Source: Clostridiales bacterium (GTDB lineage Bacteria; Bacillota; Clostridia; Christensenellales; DTU072). From it: a DNA stretch of 64,000 nt. Positions 17,092 to 31,405 of this stretch are shown here, piece after piece. Positions within the stretch are counted from its first letter, which is position 1; each line of letters begins with the position of its first letter. Both the position numbers and the translations under genes were made by a program. A model generated the notes under the pieces. It saw only the letters and a list, made by a program, of their open reading frames with translations, had not been told where the DNA came from and made no database searches. The DNA lies in the NCBI GenBank assembly GCA_012800525.1, contig JAAZJD010000075.1:6499-70498 (forward strand), in the 5' to 3' direction.

Positions 17092-19629
17092 TTACATTAA
17101 TTCAAACCAATTGTTCCCAATTTTAACATCTACAACCAGTGGGACATTTAATTTTATTACATTTTCCATACTAGATTTTAATAACGAAGATACACATTCA
17201 ATTTCTTCATTAGGACATTCTAGTATAAGTTCATCATGTACTTGTAAAATTAGTCTAGATTTTAAATTATTGTTTTTTAGTTCTTTGTTTACTTTTATCA
17301 TTGCTAATTTAATTATATCAGCAGCAGATCCCTGTAGAGGCATATTCATAGCGGCCCTAGCTGCAAAGTTGTGTAGCATTTTATTATTAGATTTAAACTC
17401 ATCAAAATATCTAATCCTGCCTGACAAAGATCTAATATAACCATTTTCTTTTGCAAACTTTACATTGGAGTCCATATACGGTTTTATTCTTTGAAAAGTA
17501 TTAAAATATGTTTCTATGAAATTTTTTGCTTGGTATTGAGGAATGCCAATAGTTTTAGCTAGCCCAAAATTGCTAATGCCGTATATTATTCCAAAATTTA
17601 CAGCTTTAGCATTTCTTCGCATGTTGTCTGTAATCATACCTATTGGTGTTTTATAAATTTGGGCAGCAGTACCTGTATGAATATCAATATTTTCTTCAAA
17701 TAATTTAACCATTGTCTCATCTTGAGAAAAATGAGCTAAAAGTCTTAACTCAATTTGTGAGTAGTCTGCAGAAATTAAAAACCAATTATCAGTTGGGATA
17801 AGAACTTTTCGAATCTCTCTACCTTCTTCAGTTTTAATAGGAATATTTTGCATATTTGGTTCCGTTGATGACAACCTACCCGTAACAGCTACAAACTGAT
17901 TAAACACTGTATGTATTCTTTTGGTTTTTTGATTTATTTGAGCCCGCATACCTTGAATATATGTTGAATTTAACTTCATATATTGTCTATATTTAAGAAC
18001 TAATGGAATAATTGGATGATCTAACAATTCTAGAGTTTCTGCTGAAACTGAGTATCCTGTTTTTGTTTTTTTGCTAGGCATTAAATTTAAGTCATCATAC
18101 AAAACTTCACCTAATTGTTGATTTGAATTTATGTTAAAATTTTTACCAGCAATTTTATGAATTTGATTAGTTAATTTACTTAAAATGTTCAAATATTCCA
18201 AGCCTAGTGCATTTAAAGCATCCAAATCGACCTTAAATCCAGCATTTTCCATTTCAAATAAAACACTAATTAAAGGTAGCTCAAACTCAACATATAGTCT
18301 CCATAAAGCTTGATCTTTTAAAATCTTATCTTGTTCAACACTAATATTTTTTAAATCTAATGCTGTTCCATCTGTTATTTTATATATAGCAAAAAGCGTT
18401 TTTATATCTTTGGGTGTTCTTGAGCTATTTATTAAATATTGTTTTAGTAAACAATCATCAAAAAAACCACAAATAGAGATATTATACGGCTTTAATTTAT
18501 GCATTAAATCTTTAGCATCAAACAAAATTTTTTTAATTTCCGTATCTTCGAAAATTCGTTTAAATTCAATTATAGCTTCATCAAAATTAACGCCTTCATC
18601 TAGGAGAGTTTTTTGTGATTTGACAACATATGTTTTTTCACCTACATTAAAATTTATGTCGTCAGTCAAATAAAAACTAATCTCCCAATCAACCTTTTTA
18701 AGAATATTTTTTAAATCATTTATATCATTAATTTCAGTAGCTTGACTGGCTGGAATGCTCAATGAAGAAGCATCTAAAATTTCCTTATATCTATCAATTA
18801 GTGTTATGCTCTCTAAGTTTGTCATTCTTTGTACAAATTCATTTGTGATAGATTTGTTAAAAATAAAATCATTTAAATTTAGTTGAAGCGGAACACTAGT
18901 ATCAATTGTAGCTAACTTTTTAGAAATAAGAACGATCTCTTTTGACTCTATCAGTTTCTCCTTAAGCTTTGTAGAAATATCTAAATTATTTAAATTTGAA
19001 TAAATTTCTTCAATTGTATCAAATTGTGTAAGTAATTTTTCGGCAGTTTTTGCTCCAATACCTTTTGCTCCAGGAATATTATCCGCAGTATCACCAGCTA
19101 AAGCTTTATATTCTATTATTTTTTGAGCAGTAAAACCTTGATTAAATAAATATTTTTCATTCACTTTCTCTATGTCGCTAACACCTTTTTTTGTAAACAA
19201 CACATCTGTCTTTGAATCCACTAGCTGATATAAATCTTTATCACCACTTAAAATTACCACATAATCAGAAAAAGATTTTGCAATAGTGCCTATTACATCA
19301 TCTGCTTCATATCCACTTTTGCCAATAACTTTTATATCCAAAGAAAGTAAAATTGACTTAATTTCATCTATTTGTATTATTAGTTCTTCTGGGGTTGGCT
19401 TTCTAGTGGCTTTGTAATCAGAGTAAATTTTATTTCTAAAAGTCGGTCCTTTCATATCAAAAACAGCACCAATATGAGTTGGCTGTTGAATTTCAATTAT
19501 ATTAGCTAACATTCTAAAAAAACCATATATAGCATTAGTTGGGAACCCATCAATGGTCCTCATTTCACGTATTGCATAAAAGGCCCTATTAATTAAACTA
19601 TGACAATCTAATAATAATATTTTTTTCAT
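17092..19629 (-). CDS. polA: DNA polymerase I
   Basis: 845 aa. N-terminal 5'-nuclease (LLLDCHSLINRAFYA, GDKDLYQL), then polymerase motifs A (LISADYSQIELRLLAH), B (RRNAKAVNFGIIYG) and C (LQVHDELILE). The central 3'-5' exo region lacks an obvious DxE motif. Confidence 0.95.
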   Translation of the reverse strand: MKKILLLDCHSLINRAFYAIREMRTIDGFPTNAIYGFFRMLANIIEIQQPTHIGAVFDMKGPTFRNKIYSDYKATRKPTPEELIIQIDEIKSILLSLDIKVIGKSGYEADDVIGTIAKSFSDYVVILSGDKDLYQLVDSKTDVLFTKKGVSDIEKVNEKYLFNQGFTAQKIIEYKALAGDTADNIPGAKGIGAKTAEKLLTQFDTIEEIYSNLNNLDISTKLKEKLIESKEIVLISKKLATIDTSVPLQLNLNDFIFNKSITNEFVQRMTNLESITLIDRYKEILDASSLSIPASQATEINDINDLKNILKKVDWEISFYLTDDINFNVGEKTYVVKSQKTLLDEGVNFDEAIIEFKRIFEDTEIKKILFDAKDLMHKLKPYNISICGFFDDCLLKQYLINSSRTPKDIKTLFAIYKITDGTALDLKNISVEQDKILKDQALWRLYVEFELPLISVLFEMENAGFKVDLDALNALGLEYLNILSKLTNQIHKIAGKNFNINSNQQLGEVLYDDLNLMPSKKTKTGYSVSAETLELLDHPIIPLVLKYRQYMKLNSTYIQGMRAQINQKTKRIHTVFNQFVAVTGRLSSTEPNMQNIPIKTEEGREIRKVLIPTDNWFLISADYSQIELRLLAHFSQDETMVKLFEENIDIHTGTAAQIYKTPIGMITDNMRRNAKAVNFGIIYGISNFGLAKTIGIPQYQAKNFIETYFNTFQRIKPYMDSNVKFAKENGYIRSLSGRIRYFDEFKSNNKMLHNFAARAAMNMPLQGSAADIIKLAMIKVNKELKNNNLKSRLILQVHDELILECPNEEIECVSSLLKSSMENVIKLNVPLVVDVKIGNNWFELM

Positions 19630-19650
19630 TAAAGCACCGTTAAATATGTT

Positions 19651-20883
19651 TTATATTTTCATATCGTTTTCTTTTATCCAGTTAAACTTCCTTAGTATTT
19701 CTGAAACAACAAATGATATTATAGCAGGAAGAACAAACATTAATAATGTTATTCCTAGTCCTATTTTCCAAGCAGGAATAACTCCAGATGAATTATCAAT
19801 TGTATTAATTACTCCAACAAGACCCGATGTTCCCATCCCACCGCCAGTCGCACCACACCTTAGTTTAAAAACAGTTGTAGAAAGAGGTCCTACTATAGCA
19901 CTTGAAACTATGGCGGGCAACATTATTTTAGGATTTTTCATTACATTTGGTATTTGAAGCATACTAGTACCCAATCCTTGAGCTACTAACCCTCCAATTC
20001 CGTTTTCTCTAAAGCTTGCTACAGCAAACCCAATCATATGTGATGCACATCCAACAACAGCAGCACCGCCAGCAATAAGCATAGCATCAGAAGAATTAGT
20101 AGATGCTATTGATATCCAAATTGCTGCAGAAGATGTGGGCATAGTCAATAATATGCCCATAATAACAGATATTAAGATTCCCATAATGAAAGGTGTAATA
20201 GATGTTGCTTTTTCAATTCCAAGTGCTATTATTTCAACTAATTTTATTGCAGGCCATGCTATATAAGTAGCTATAATTGCAGTAAAAATTACAGTCAAAG
20301 GCACTAAGATTATATCTATTTTAGTTTTTCCTTCAATTAATATACCAATCTCAGTGGCAATTAGTGCGCAAACATATGCTCCTATTGGATCACCTGGAAT
20401 TGCTTTCATAAAAAAGGAGCCAGCCAATGTATCCCATGGTGTGCCAGAAATAAATTTCATTGCATAGGCACCAATTAAACCAGCAACTAATCCAGAAAAC
20501 ATTGTTAAATTTTTAGCTTTAAGACTTTTGGCTATACCGACTCCTATTCCTGCTCCCATTAAAATAGTTGCTATATTTCCTATAAAAACCAAAGCGTTGC
20601 CAAAATTTTGCCCAGCCTTTGTTGGAATTAATAAAAACAGATTTCCTATTTGTTTAATTATTGTACCAGCAATTAAAGTAACAAATAAGCCTTGTGCCAT
20701 ACCAGAAAAAGCTTCAATAAACCAACGATTAGAAAGTTTTTTAATGATATTTTTAATTTTATTTTTGTTATCTATGCATTCTTGTTCATTTAATGATGAC
20801 TTACCTTCATACAAATCTTTTGGATTATTTAATTTGTCGTCATTATCATATTGAGTGATGTTTTTACTGTTTTTTTCTTTCAT
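19651..20883 (-). CDS. PTS EIIC-like polytopic membrane protein (PfoR/EIIC_2-like), with a hydrophilic N-terminal extension of about 55 aa
   Basis: 410 aa. FSGMAQGLFVTLIAGTIIKQIG followed by about 10 hydrophobic segments rich in G/A. The resemblance to the PfoR-type EIIC family is from memory. No EIIA, EIIB or HPr gene in the window. Confidence 0.5.
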   Translation of the reverse strand: MKEKNSKNITQYDNDDKLNNPKDLYEGKSSLNEQECIDNKNKIKNIIKKLSNRWFIEAFSGMAQGLFVTLIAGTIIKQIGNLFLLIPTKAGQNFGNALVFIGNIATILMGAGIGVGIAKSLKAKNLTMFSGLVAGLIGAYAMKFISGTPWDTLAGSFFMKAIPGDPIGAYVCALIATEIGILIEGKTKIDIILVPLTVIFTAIIATYIAWPAIKLVEIIALGIEKATSITPFIMGILISVIMGILLTMPTSSAAIWISIASTNSSDAMLIAGGAAVVGCASHMIGFAVASFRENGIGGLVAQGLGTSMLQIPNVMKNPKIMLPAIVSSAIVGPLSTTVFKLRCGATGGGMGTSGLVGVINTIDNSSGVIPAWKIGLGITLLMFVLPAIISFVVSEILRKFNWIKENDMKI

Positions 20884-20914
20884 TTTGATACACCTTATAA
20901 TTTCTTTATGTTCT

Positions 20915-22032
20915 TTAGTTTTCTTTACATTCTTTAATTAAAAATTTTTCAAAGATAGTTAAGTCCTCACTTTCTATTATAGAGTTGGATATAATTTTTA
21001 CAAATTCTTTAATCGAATAAATTTTAAATTTTTTTATTTTCATTTTAATAGCTACTTGTTCTAAAAGGACTAAAACAGCATCTAGGTCACTATTTAAAAC
21101 AGATATTTCATGTTTCTGTTTAATAACTGCAATGTATTCAGCATAACTAAACCCCGTATCAGAAATGTTATTTTCATAAAAATTTTTAAAATTTTTAGCT
21201 AGATTGTTTGAAAAAGTCAAGCTTGTATTTTTTATATAATATTTTTTACCAAGATAATTATGTATATACCTAAGTCCATCAAAATAGCCTAATTTTAACA
21301 AATAAGCTACATGTTTTTTTGTGAAATCAAAGGATCGGCCTAGGTCTTCTGATGGTTCAATGTAATCAATCTGTATGCTACCATCAATTGTATTTTTATT
21401 TGGCATTTTAGACATTGTTCTTATCACAAGCAAATTTTCAAACCCTTTTCTAATAAGTAGATTAATTGGAAGATTGTTGTAAATACCACCATCAATATAT
21501 CGTTTCCCATTGATTTCTGGGCGATTAAAAGCAGGATAATATGCACTAGCCATGATATAAGCGCCAATTTTACCTACTGGTATATCTTCTACAAAAAGTT
21601 CTAAAGCTTCCCAATTATCAGTAATGTTAACTGTTACTAATCCAAAAATTATTTTTGAATTTCTTATCTTTTCTTCATCAATATACTCGTCTACTAATTC
21701 TTTGAGTTTATCAATCGAAAAACCCTTGTTCCCAATTGTTTTATAGGCAGTTTTTAAAAAATATTTAATTGTGGAAATAGAATAATGACCAGCAATGGCT
21801 TTTCCAATTTCCGAATCATCAACATCGATGACTAAAGAAGGTGTAACTTTTTCCCATAAGTTATAACAAGATTGAAAATCATTTTGTGCAATTAGAGCTC
21901 CGTTTAAAGCTCCAATTGAAGTTCCTACAACACCATTAAAAGTGCATTTATGCTTATAATCAAACAATGCCTTTAACACCCCTGCATGAAAGGCCCCCTT
22001 CACTCCACCACCCTCTAGAACTAACCCTCTCA

Positions 22033-22033
<1 letters not shown>
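20915..22033 (-). CDS. patatin-like phospholipase / lipid acyl hydrolase
   Basis: 372 aa. Oxyanion motif LEGGGVKGAFHAG, nucleophile elbow GTSIGA (GxSxG) and catalytic Asp in IDGGIYNN. The ATG shares one base with the lacZ stop (TAATG). Confidence 0.85.
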
Positions 22034-25206
<3,173 letters not shown>

Positions 25207-25286
25207 TTTTAATTTTTAATTGTTTGTGTTGCTATAGATACAAAACTAACTATTTTTTGAAATTAAAAACTTTTTCAATATTTAAT

Positions 25287-26498
25287 TTAGGGTTTTTTAC
25301 TGCAAATAAAAAACCTTTCTAATCGATGCATAGCTTCAATTGTATTTTCACGAGTATTAAATGCTGTTAATCTAAAATACCCTTCACCACATTTTCCAAA
25401 TCCACTTCCAGGGGTTCCTTCAATTTGCACTTCATTGAGCAGTTTATCAAAAAACTCCCAACTATCCATACCACATTCGAGCCAAATATATGGTGAATTA
25501 ACTCCGCCTGTATGCCAAATGCCACACTTTGTCAAAGTGCCTGATATTAACTTTGCATTTTCCATATAATAATTAATATTTTCCATACATGTAGCTAAAC
25601 CTTCTTTTGAAAAGACCGCTTCTGCACCTTTTTGTATTATGTATGCAACTCCATTAAATTTGGTTGTTTGTCTCCTTAACCACATTTTATTTAAGTTATT
25701 ATTTTCAAAAATTAAATTTGAGGGTACAATGGTATATCCACATCTTGTTCCAGTAAATCCAGCAGTTTTACTTAAAGAGTTAAATTCTACAGCACATTGA
25801 TTTGCTCCATCAATTTCATAAATACTTCTTGGTAAACTAGAATCTTTTACAAAAGCTTCATAGGCATTGTCAAATAATATTAACATATTGTTATTTAAGG
25901 CAAAATCAACCCAGAGTTTTAATTCATCATGTGAATAGACAGCTCCAGTTGGATTATTAGGTGAGCATAAATACACAATATCACCTTTTAGACCTTCATA
26001 TGGTAAAGGTTTAAAATTATTTTTTTTATTTCCTTCTATTAATACTATTTTTCTTCCAAGCATCATGTTACTATCTAAATACACAGGATAAACAGGATCT
26101 GGAATAATTATAATATTTTCATTAGAAAATAAATCTGTAAAGTTTGCTACATCACTCTTAGCCCCATCAGAAATAAATATTTCATTATTTTCTAGTAAAA
26201 CTGCAGCAACATCTTTGTAATATTTTTTAATTGCATTTTGCAAAAAACCATATCCTTGTTCATCACCATAACCTTTAAAAGAACTTGCTTGTCCCATTTC
26301 TAAGCTAGCTTTAACAAGAGCATCGACAATTGGTTTTGTTAATGGTTTTGTTACATCTCCGATACCTAAACGTATTAACTTATGATTAGGATTTTTTTCA
26401 ATGAACTCATTCCTTTTTTTTGCTATTGTAGAAAAAAGATAGCTTTGATTTAAAGTATTATAATTTTTATTAATTTTAACCATATTATTAATCTCCAT
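25287..26498 (-). CDS. dapL: LL-diaminopimelate aminotransferase
   Basis: 403 aa. N-terminal INKNYNTLNQSYLFSTIAKK...IRLGIGDVTKPL and NSLSKTAGFTGTRCGY (PLP lysine) match the DapL class from memory. Confidence 0.8.
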   Translation of the reverse strand: MEINNMVKINKNYNTLNQSYLFSTIAKKRNEFIEKNPNHKLIRLGIGDVTKPLTKPIVDALVKASLEMGQASSFKGYGDEQGYGFLQNAIKKYYKDVAAVLLENNEIFISDGAKSDVANFTDLFSNENIIIIPDPVYPVYLDSNMMLGRKIVLIEGNKKNNFKPLPYEGLKGDIVYLCSPNNPTGAVYSHDELKLWVDFALNNNMLILFDNAYEAFVKDSSLPRSIYEIDGANQCAVEFNSLSKTAGFTGTRCGYTIVPSNLIFENNNLNKMWLRRQTTKFNGVAYIIQKGAEAVFSKEGLATCMENINYYMENAKLISGTLTKCGIWHTGGVNSPYIWLECGMDSWEFFDKLLNEVQIEGTPGSGFGKCGEGYFRLTAFNTRENTIEAMHRLERFFICSKKP

Positions 26499-27237
26499 AA
26501 TAAATTATTCGATGACATTCTTCACAAATTGCGCAATCTCCATTTTTAGATAGTTGACTTTTTACTGTTGGAGAAATTTCCATGTTACAGCCAGTACAAA
26601 GGTCATTGTTTCTTCTAACAATAATAGGTAATTTTTTTACTTGATTTTTTACCTTGTTATATAAAATCAAATCGTCTTTATTAGAAGCTTCCTTTAATTG
26701 CTCTAGCTTTTCTTCTAATTTTTTTTTCTCCTCATTGTAGTTTTGTTCCAACTGTTTATATCTATTGTATAAATCAGCTTTTTTTATATCTAAACGAATT
26801 TTTTCATTGTTTTTAGAATCCCTTAATTTTTCTGCCTCAAAAGTTCTAATATTATTTCTAGCAACTGATAAGTTTTCAAATTTAATTTTCAAGTCATATT
26901 CGTATCCTTTTAATACCTCTATAAGTTCATTACAATTATCAATTAAAACATCAGCTTCTTCCGATTCTGTAGACATGCATTTTTTTGCATTGTCCATAGA
27001 TATTTTGATTTTTTCATAAAAATCATTCAATTCATTAATTATTTTAAGCACTTCATTTTCTGTTTCATTGAGCTTGTTACTATTTTTCTCATTACTTTCT
27101 TCTAATTTTTTTAAAATGATCACAGCCTTTTGCCAATTTTTATAAATCGGATCACTTGCAGTAGAATAAGCAAGTTTTGCAATAGCGATATCAACTGTTT
27201 GTATAGATTTTAAATTTTCTAAATTTGTTATTTTCAT
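26488..27237 (-). CDS. coiled-coil zinc-ribbon protein (COG1579-like, usual Nif3 partner)
   Basis: 249 aa. Long heptad-rich region, then a C-terminal CTGCNMEIS...CAICEECHRIIY zinc ribbon. Overlaps nif3 by 4 nt and dapL by 11 nt. Confidence 0.7.
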   Translation of the reverse strand: MKITNLENLKSIQTVDIAIAKLAYSTASDPIYKNWQKAVIILKKLEESNEKNSNKLNETENEVLKIINELNDFYEKIKISMDNAKKCMSTESEEADVLIDNCNELIEVLKGYEYDLKIKFENLSVARNNIRTFEAEKLRDSKNNEKIRLDIKKADLYNRYKQLEQNYNEEKKKLEEKLEQLKEASNKDDLILYNKVKNQVKKLPIIVRRNNDLCTGCNMEISPTVKSQLSKNGDCAICEECHRIIYYGD

Positions 27238-28013
27238 GTTTCCAAACCTCTCAAGGGATTGCTGTTTAACTTTGATTTAAAGACTATATCATGATTAACT
27301 TTTTGTATAAGCATCTTAAAAATTAAGTCTAAAAAACCAGATTCAGTAGCAAAATGACTGAGTTGAATTATAGCATAATTTAGAGTTTTTGCCAACATTA
27401 ATGCACTATGTTTAAATTCACTTGAGATAAAAACATCTGCAATTGTATTTGTTAAAAAAACATTATTTTCATTTCCAGCAGCACCATTAGAACAAGCAAC
27501 TGTTTTTATTATTTTATTCTCATCACCAAAAAAAAGAAGTTTTTCATTAAATATCAGCTGTAATTGTTCAACATACGTTCTGAGATTCGTTTCTTTTTCT
27601 AGTGTTCCAACACGAAAGCATCCTGTAGGCTCAATCAATGATACTTCTATCGGAACACATAGAAGTTGTTTTAAAAAATAATCATTTAATCCATCCGTTG
27701 CAAAATCTACATTCGTATGTGCAGAATATAGACAAATATCATTTTTTAAACAATGAAATAGTATATTTGTCTTTGGATTATTAAAATCAAGTTCATATAA
27801 TGGATTAAAAATTGTCGGATGATGTTCAATAATTAAATTACAATTTTTGCTTTTGGCTTCTTCAATGATTTCTAAATTAGTATCTAAAGTAATAAGAATG
27901 CCACTTAAATTAGAATTTACATTACCGCACTTCAATCCACTATTATCAAAGTCTGCTTGCAAACTTAATGGATATTTTTCTTCAATTATTTCAATTACTT
28001 CTCTTATCTTCAT
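27234..28013 (-). CDS. Nif3-like dinuclear metal center protein (GTP cyclohydrolase 1 type 2 homologue)
   Basis: 259 aa. DNSGL, IIEHHP, YSAHTNVD and HFATE motifs are characteristic of the Nif3/YqfO family. Lies downstream of rpoD, as in Bacillus. Confidence 0.85.
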   Translation of the reverse strand: MKIREVIEIIEEKYPLSLQADFDNSGLKCGNVNSNLSGILITLDTNLEIIEEAKSKNCNLIIEHHPTIFNPLYELDFNNPKTNILFHCLKNDICLYSAHTNVDFATDGLNDYFLKQLLCVPIEVSLIEPTGCFRVGTLEKETNLRTYVEQLQLIFNEKLLFFGDENKIIKTVACSNGAAGNENNVFLTNTIADVFISSEFKHSALMLAKTLNYAIIQLSHFATESGFLDLIFKMLIQKVNHDIVFKSKLNSNPLRGLET

Positions 28014-28040
28014 TATCTAAAAATACCTCTAAACTTTAAA

Positions 28041-29084
28041 CTAACTTTCTATAAAATCTTTTAAATATTGGAGTTTGCTCGGATGCTTTAGTTTACGTAA
28101 AGCTTTTGCTTCTATTTGTCTAATTCGCTCTCTTGTAACATTAAAAATTTTCCCGACTTCTTCAAGTGTTCTAGGTTTTTTATCCTTTAATCCATATCTT
28201 AGAAGAATTACCATTTTTTCTCTAGGGGATAAAGTATCTAAAACTTTTTCTATTTCATCTCTTAAAATACTTTGCTCTGCAGCTTCTAGGGGTTGAACAG
28301 CATTAGTATCTTCTATAAAATCACCCAATAAACTATCATCTTCTTCACCAATTGGCGTTTCTAATGAAACTGGATCTTGAGCTATTTTTTGAATTTCCAT
28401 GACTTTAGCTTCTGTTATCCCCATTGTTGCAGCAATTTCTAATGCATTTGGCTCTCTACCAAGCAATTGTAATAAGCTTCTAGAAACTTTTGTCAGCTTG
28501 TTAATAGTTTCCACCATGTGAACAGGAATTCTGATTGTTCTAGCCTGATCTGCAATTGATCTAGTAATTGCTTGCCTAATCCACCATGTTGCATATGTTG
28601 AAAATTTAAAACCTTTTTCTGGATCAAATTTTTCTACAGCTTTCATTAGCCCCATATTGCCTTCTTGAACCAAATCTAAAAAAGACATCCCCCTACCTAA
28701 ATATTTTTTTGCAATACTAACAACCAATCTTAAGTTTGCTGTAATTAATTCATCAGATGCTTTTTTGGCTTCATCGGGGGAGCCGTCTCTAATCGTTTTC
28801 GCTAATTCTTTTTCTTTATCTGCAGTTAAAAGAGTAACTTGACCGATTTCTTTTAAATATATTTTTACGCTGTCATCAGCGCTAACTTCTGTCCTCGTTT
28901 TTTTTACAGCTTTAAGGTCCTTTTTTGATTTTTTTAACATTAAGTTTTCATTATCTAAATCTGTCATCGTTGCTTTAGAAAAATCGTCGATTTCATTAAT
29001 TCCAACATTTAACATAAGCTCTTCGTCGTCTTGTATGACGTTTGAATTTTTCAGATCTTTTTCTTTGTCATTTTTTTTGCTCAT
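28041..29084 (-). CDS. rpoD: RNA polymerase primary sigma factor
   Basis: 347 aa. Region 2 ([29 protein letters not shown]), region 3, and region 4.2 ([27 protein letters not shown]). Confidence 0.95.
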   Translation of the reverse strand: MSKKNDKEKDLKNSNVIQDDEELMLNVGINEIDDFSKATMTDLDNENLMLKKSKKDLKAVKKTRTEVSADDSVKIYLKEIGQVTLLTADKEKELAKTIRDGSPDEAKKASDELITANLRLVVSIAKKYLGRGMSFLDLVQEGNMGLMKAVEKFDPEKGFKFSTYATWWIRQAITRSIADQARTIRIPVHMVETINKLTKVSRSLLQLLGREPNALEIAATMGITEAKVMEIQKIAQDPVSLETPIGEEDDSLLGDFIEDTNAVQPLEAAEQSILRDEIEKVLDTLSPREKMVILLRYGLKDKKPRTLEEVGKIFNVTRERIRQIEAKALRKLKHPSKLQYLKDFIES

Positions 29085-29094
29085 TTTTACCTCT

Positions 29095-30882
29095 CTATTT
29101 ATTCTTTATTATTTCATTAATCAATTCTTCCATTTGTTTCTTTTCAGCATTTGTTTCAGCCAACTTCCATTGTTCTAGATAAAACTTTATTTTTTTATCA
29201 TTGTAGTTATCTTTTAAAATATGCAAAGCTGCAGCATATTGTTGAGCGTGCATGTTACTGCTCAAGTTTTTGCTCAAATAGTATTCTTTCATTTCTAATA
29301 TCTTATTTGCCATCATATTAAGATTTTCCGAGTTTTCATCCCTAGCTATTTGAAACATATCATTTATTTTAATATCTTTTTTAAAACCTTCTTCTATCAT
29401 TTTTTTTAAGTATTTATATATTCGTAGTATATCAATATTTTCAAAATATTCTTGTGTGACAGCATGAATATCCGTGAAATCTAAATCATTAAAGAAAAAT
29501 TTTGAAAGGAATATAATACTAGCTTCAGTTAATCTTTGTTCTTTTTGTTGATTTGTTTCTATGTCTTTTCGTTGATTTGCTTCTATATCTTTTTGTTTAA
29601 TTTCAATATTGTTTTTTATCATTTTCTCTTTAAAGGTTAACATTATTGCATCAACTGAAAAATGTGAAAGTTCCGAAATTTTTTTAATTGCAACCTCTCT
29701 TTCAATTGGATTTAGATTTTCTAAAATATTCACTGATTCTTTTGCAAATGCTTCCTTGCCATAAGCTGTTTTCATATCATATTTATTTTTTATAACTCGT
29801 ATTTTATAATCAATTAATGAGTCTGCATTTTTAATAAGATCATTGAATGCTTCAACACCATAACCTACAATATAGTCATCTGGATCATTATCTTTGGGTA
29901 AATTGATTGCAAAAACATCTAAATCGCTTTGCTTAAGTATATCCAATGCATTTAGTGTTGCATTTTGTCCAGCATTATCACCATCATAGCAAATAAAAAC
30001 TTTATTTGAATATTTTCTAATTAATTGAGCTTGATCAATTGTCAAGGCTGTACCCATTGAAGCAACACTATTTAAAATATTATGCTTTGCAAGTGAAATT
30101 ACATCCATATATCCTTCCACTAAAATTATAAAATCATTATCTTTTTTGTTGGCTCTTCTAATAGAATCAATGTTGTATAATGCTTTACTCTTATCAAAAA
30201 CTAAATTGTTGTTTGAGTTTCTATATTTGGGTTGTTGACCGTCAGTTATTGCTCTACCACCAAAGGCAATAACCCGAGATCTAAAATCTATTATTGGTAT
30301 AATCAATCTCAAAGCAAACATATCTCCTAGCTTTTGATTTATTAAACCAGCTTTCCTCATAGAATCTGATGAATATCCTTTAGATGATAAGTATTTATGT
30401 AAATCTTCATACCCAGGAGAATATCCAAGTCCAAATTTAATCATTAACGATTCATCTATGCCTCTTGATATTAGATATTTGTATGCGTCCCCTTTTTTGT
30501 TAGTTAATAATGTTTGGTGATAAAAAGTTGCAGCTTCTTTGTTTATTTCATAGATTTTTGAATATTCTTCTTTATTTGAAGATTTGAAATTAGCTTTAGG
30601 TATTGGTACATTATATTTTTCTGCAAGATATTTTAATGTTTCAGGATATGTAAAATTTTCTTTTTCCATAACAAAAGAAATAACATCCCCTCCTTTACCG
30701 CATCCAAAACATTTATAATATTGTTCCTTTACATTAACCTTAAATGATGGCGTTTTTTCAGCATGGAAAGGACAGCAAGCCTTAAAATTGGCACCATCTC
30801 TTTGTAAATTAACGTAATTTTTAATTACATCAACAATATTAATTTTATTTTTCAAATCTTCAACCCACGATTGTTTAAACAT
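29095..30882 (-). CDS. dnaG: DNA primase
   Basis: 595 aa. Zinc finger [13 protein letters not shown]...[11 protein letters not shown] and TOPRIM EGYMDV...DGDNAGQ. Confidence 0.95.
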   Translation of the reverse strand: MFKQSWVEDLKNKINIVDVIKNYVNLQRDGANFKACCPFHAEKTPSFKVNVKEQYYKCFGCGKGGDVISFVMEKENFTYPETLKYLAEKYNVPIPKANFKSSNKEEYSKIYEINKEAATFYHQTLLTNKKGDAYKYLISRGIDESLMIKFGLGYSPGYEDLHKYLSSKGYSSDSMRKAGLINQKLGDMFALRLIIPIIDFRSRVIAFGGRAITDGQQPKYRNSNNNLVFDKSKALYNIDSIRRANKKDNDFIILVEGYMDVISLAKHNILNSVASMGTALTIDQAQLIRKYSNKVFICYDGDNAGQNATLNALDILKQSDLDVFAINLPKDNDPDDYIVGYGVEAFNDLIKNADSLIDYKIRVIKNKYDMKTAYGKEAFAKESVNILENLNPIEREVAIKKISELSHFSVDAIMLTFKEKMIKNNIEIKQKDIEANQRKDIETNQQKEQRLTEASIIFLSKFFFNDLDFTDIHAVTQEYFENIDILRIYKYLKKMIEEGFKKDIKINDMFQIARDENSENLNMMANKILEMKEYYLSKNLSSNMHAQQYAAALHILKDNYNDKKIKFYLEQWKLAETNAEKKQMEELINEIIKNK

Positions 30883-31154
30883 ATTTACCTCAAATTACAC
30901 TCAAAAACATCCTACAATTGACATATACTAAAATTAAGAAAAAAACTCCTACTTATTTTAATATTTTACATAATTTTAACACAAATATAAACTTTTCTTT
31001 TCTTATTATATCTAAACAAGTTCGCATTTAACAAAATTGCACTATTTATACATACTAAAAATCGCACAGAAATTGCTTCTCAAAATATCTATTTAAGTAA
31101 AACTTAACATCTATGATAAAAATTCAAAAAATGAAAGATTTATTTATAATAGAT

Positions 31155-31183
31155 TTGACAATTTAATATTAATGTATGATAAT
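31155..31183 (+). promoter_or_regulatory. sigma-A type promoter for rpsU
   Basis: TTGACA-17 nt-GATAAT, about 33 nt upstream of the rpsU start. Confidence 0.6.
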
Positions 31184-31215
31184 GTTTATAGTTTTAGATA
31201 AAGGTGGTGAGTTTA

Positions 31216-31392
31216 TTGTCAACAGTTTATGTTAAAGAAAACGAAAGTTTAGATAGTGCTATACGTAGATGGAAGAAGAAATGTGCTAATGATGGTATAA
31301 TTGGATATTTGCGTAAAAAAGAAGCATATGAAAAACCAAGTGTACAAAAGAAGAAAAAAGCTGAAGCTGCTAGAAAAAGATTGTACAGATAA
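31216..31392 (+). CDS. rpsU: 30S ribosomal protein S21
   Basis: The track ORF starts at GTG 31204. TTG 31216 is preferred because AAGGTGGTGA lies 5 nt upstream, giving (M)[22 protein letters not shown]..., the typical S21 N-terminus. Confidence 0.9.
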   Translation: MSTVYVKENESLDSAIRRWKKKCANDGIIGYLRKKEAYEKPSVQKKKKAEAARKRLYR

Positions 31393-31405
31393 GCTTAAAA
31401 CAATC

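Noticed and set aside
16952-17440. Long plus-strand ORFs lying antisense inside minus-strand genes. Examples: 16952-17440 (162 aa), 14634-15068 on the minus strand opposite the Gx gene (144 aa), 38562-38957 (131 aa), 46352-46744 and 46928-47320 (130 aa each), 8012-8392 (126 aa), and many of 60-110 aa.
   Set aside because: Each is fully embedded opposite a strongly conserved gene. Their translations are low-complexity and rich in S/F/I/L/K, as expected from antisense frames of AT-rich coding DNA. They have no recognisable motifs and no convincing RBS.
30883-31154. Possible small RNA gene (SRP RNA, 6S, RNase P, tmRNA) or other ncRNA in the long intergenic spacers: 30883-31215, 44839-45061, 12038-12324.
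   Set aside because: The spacers are nearly pure A/T. They lack extended GC-containing helices and lack any conserved motif I recognise from these RNAs. No tRNA cloverleaf or rRNA-like segment was seen anywhere in the window.
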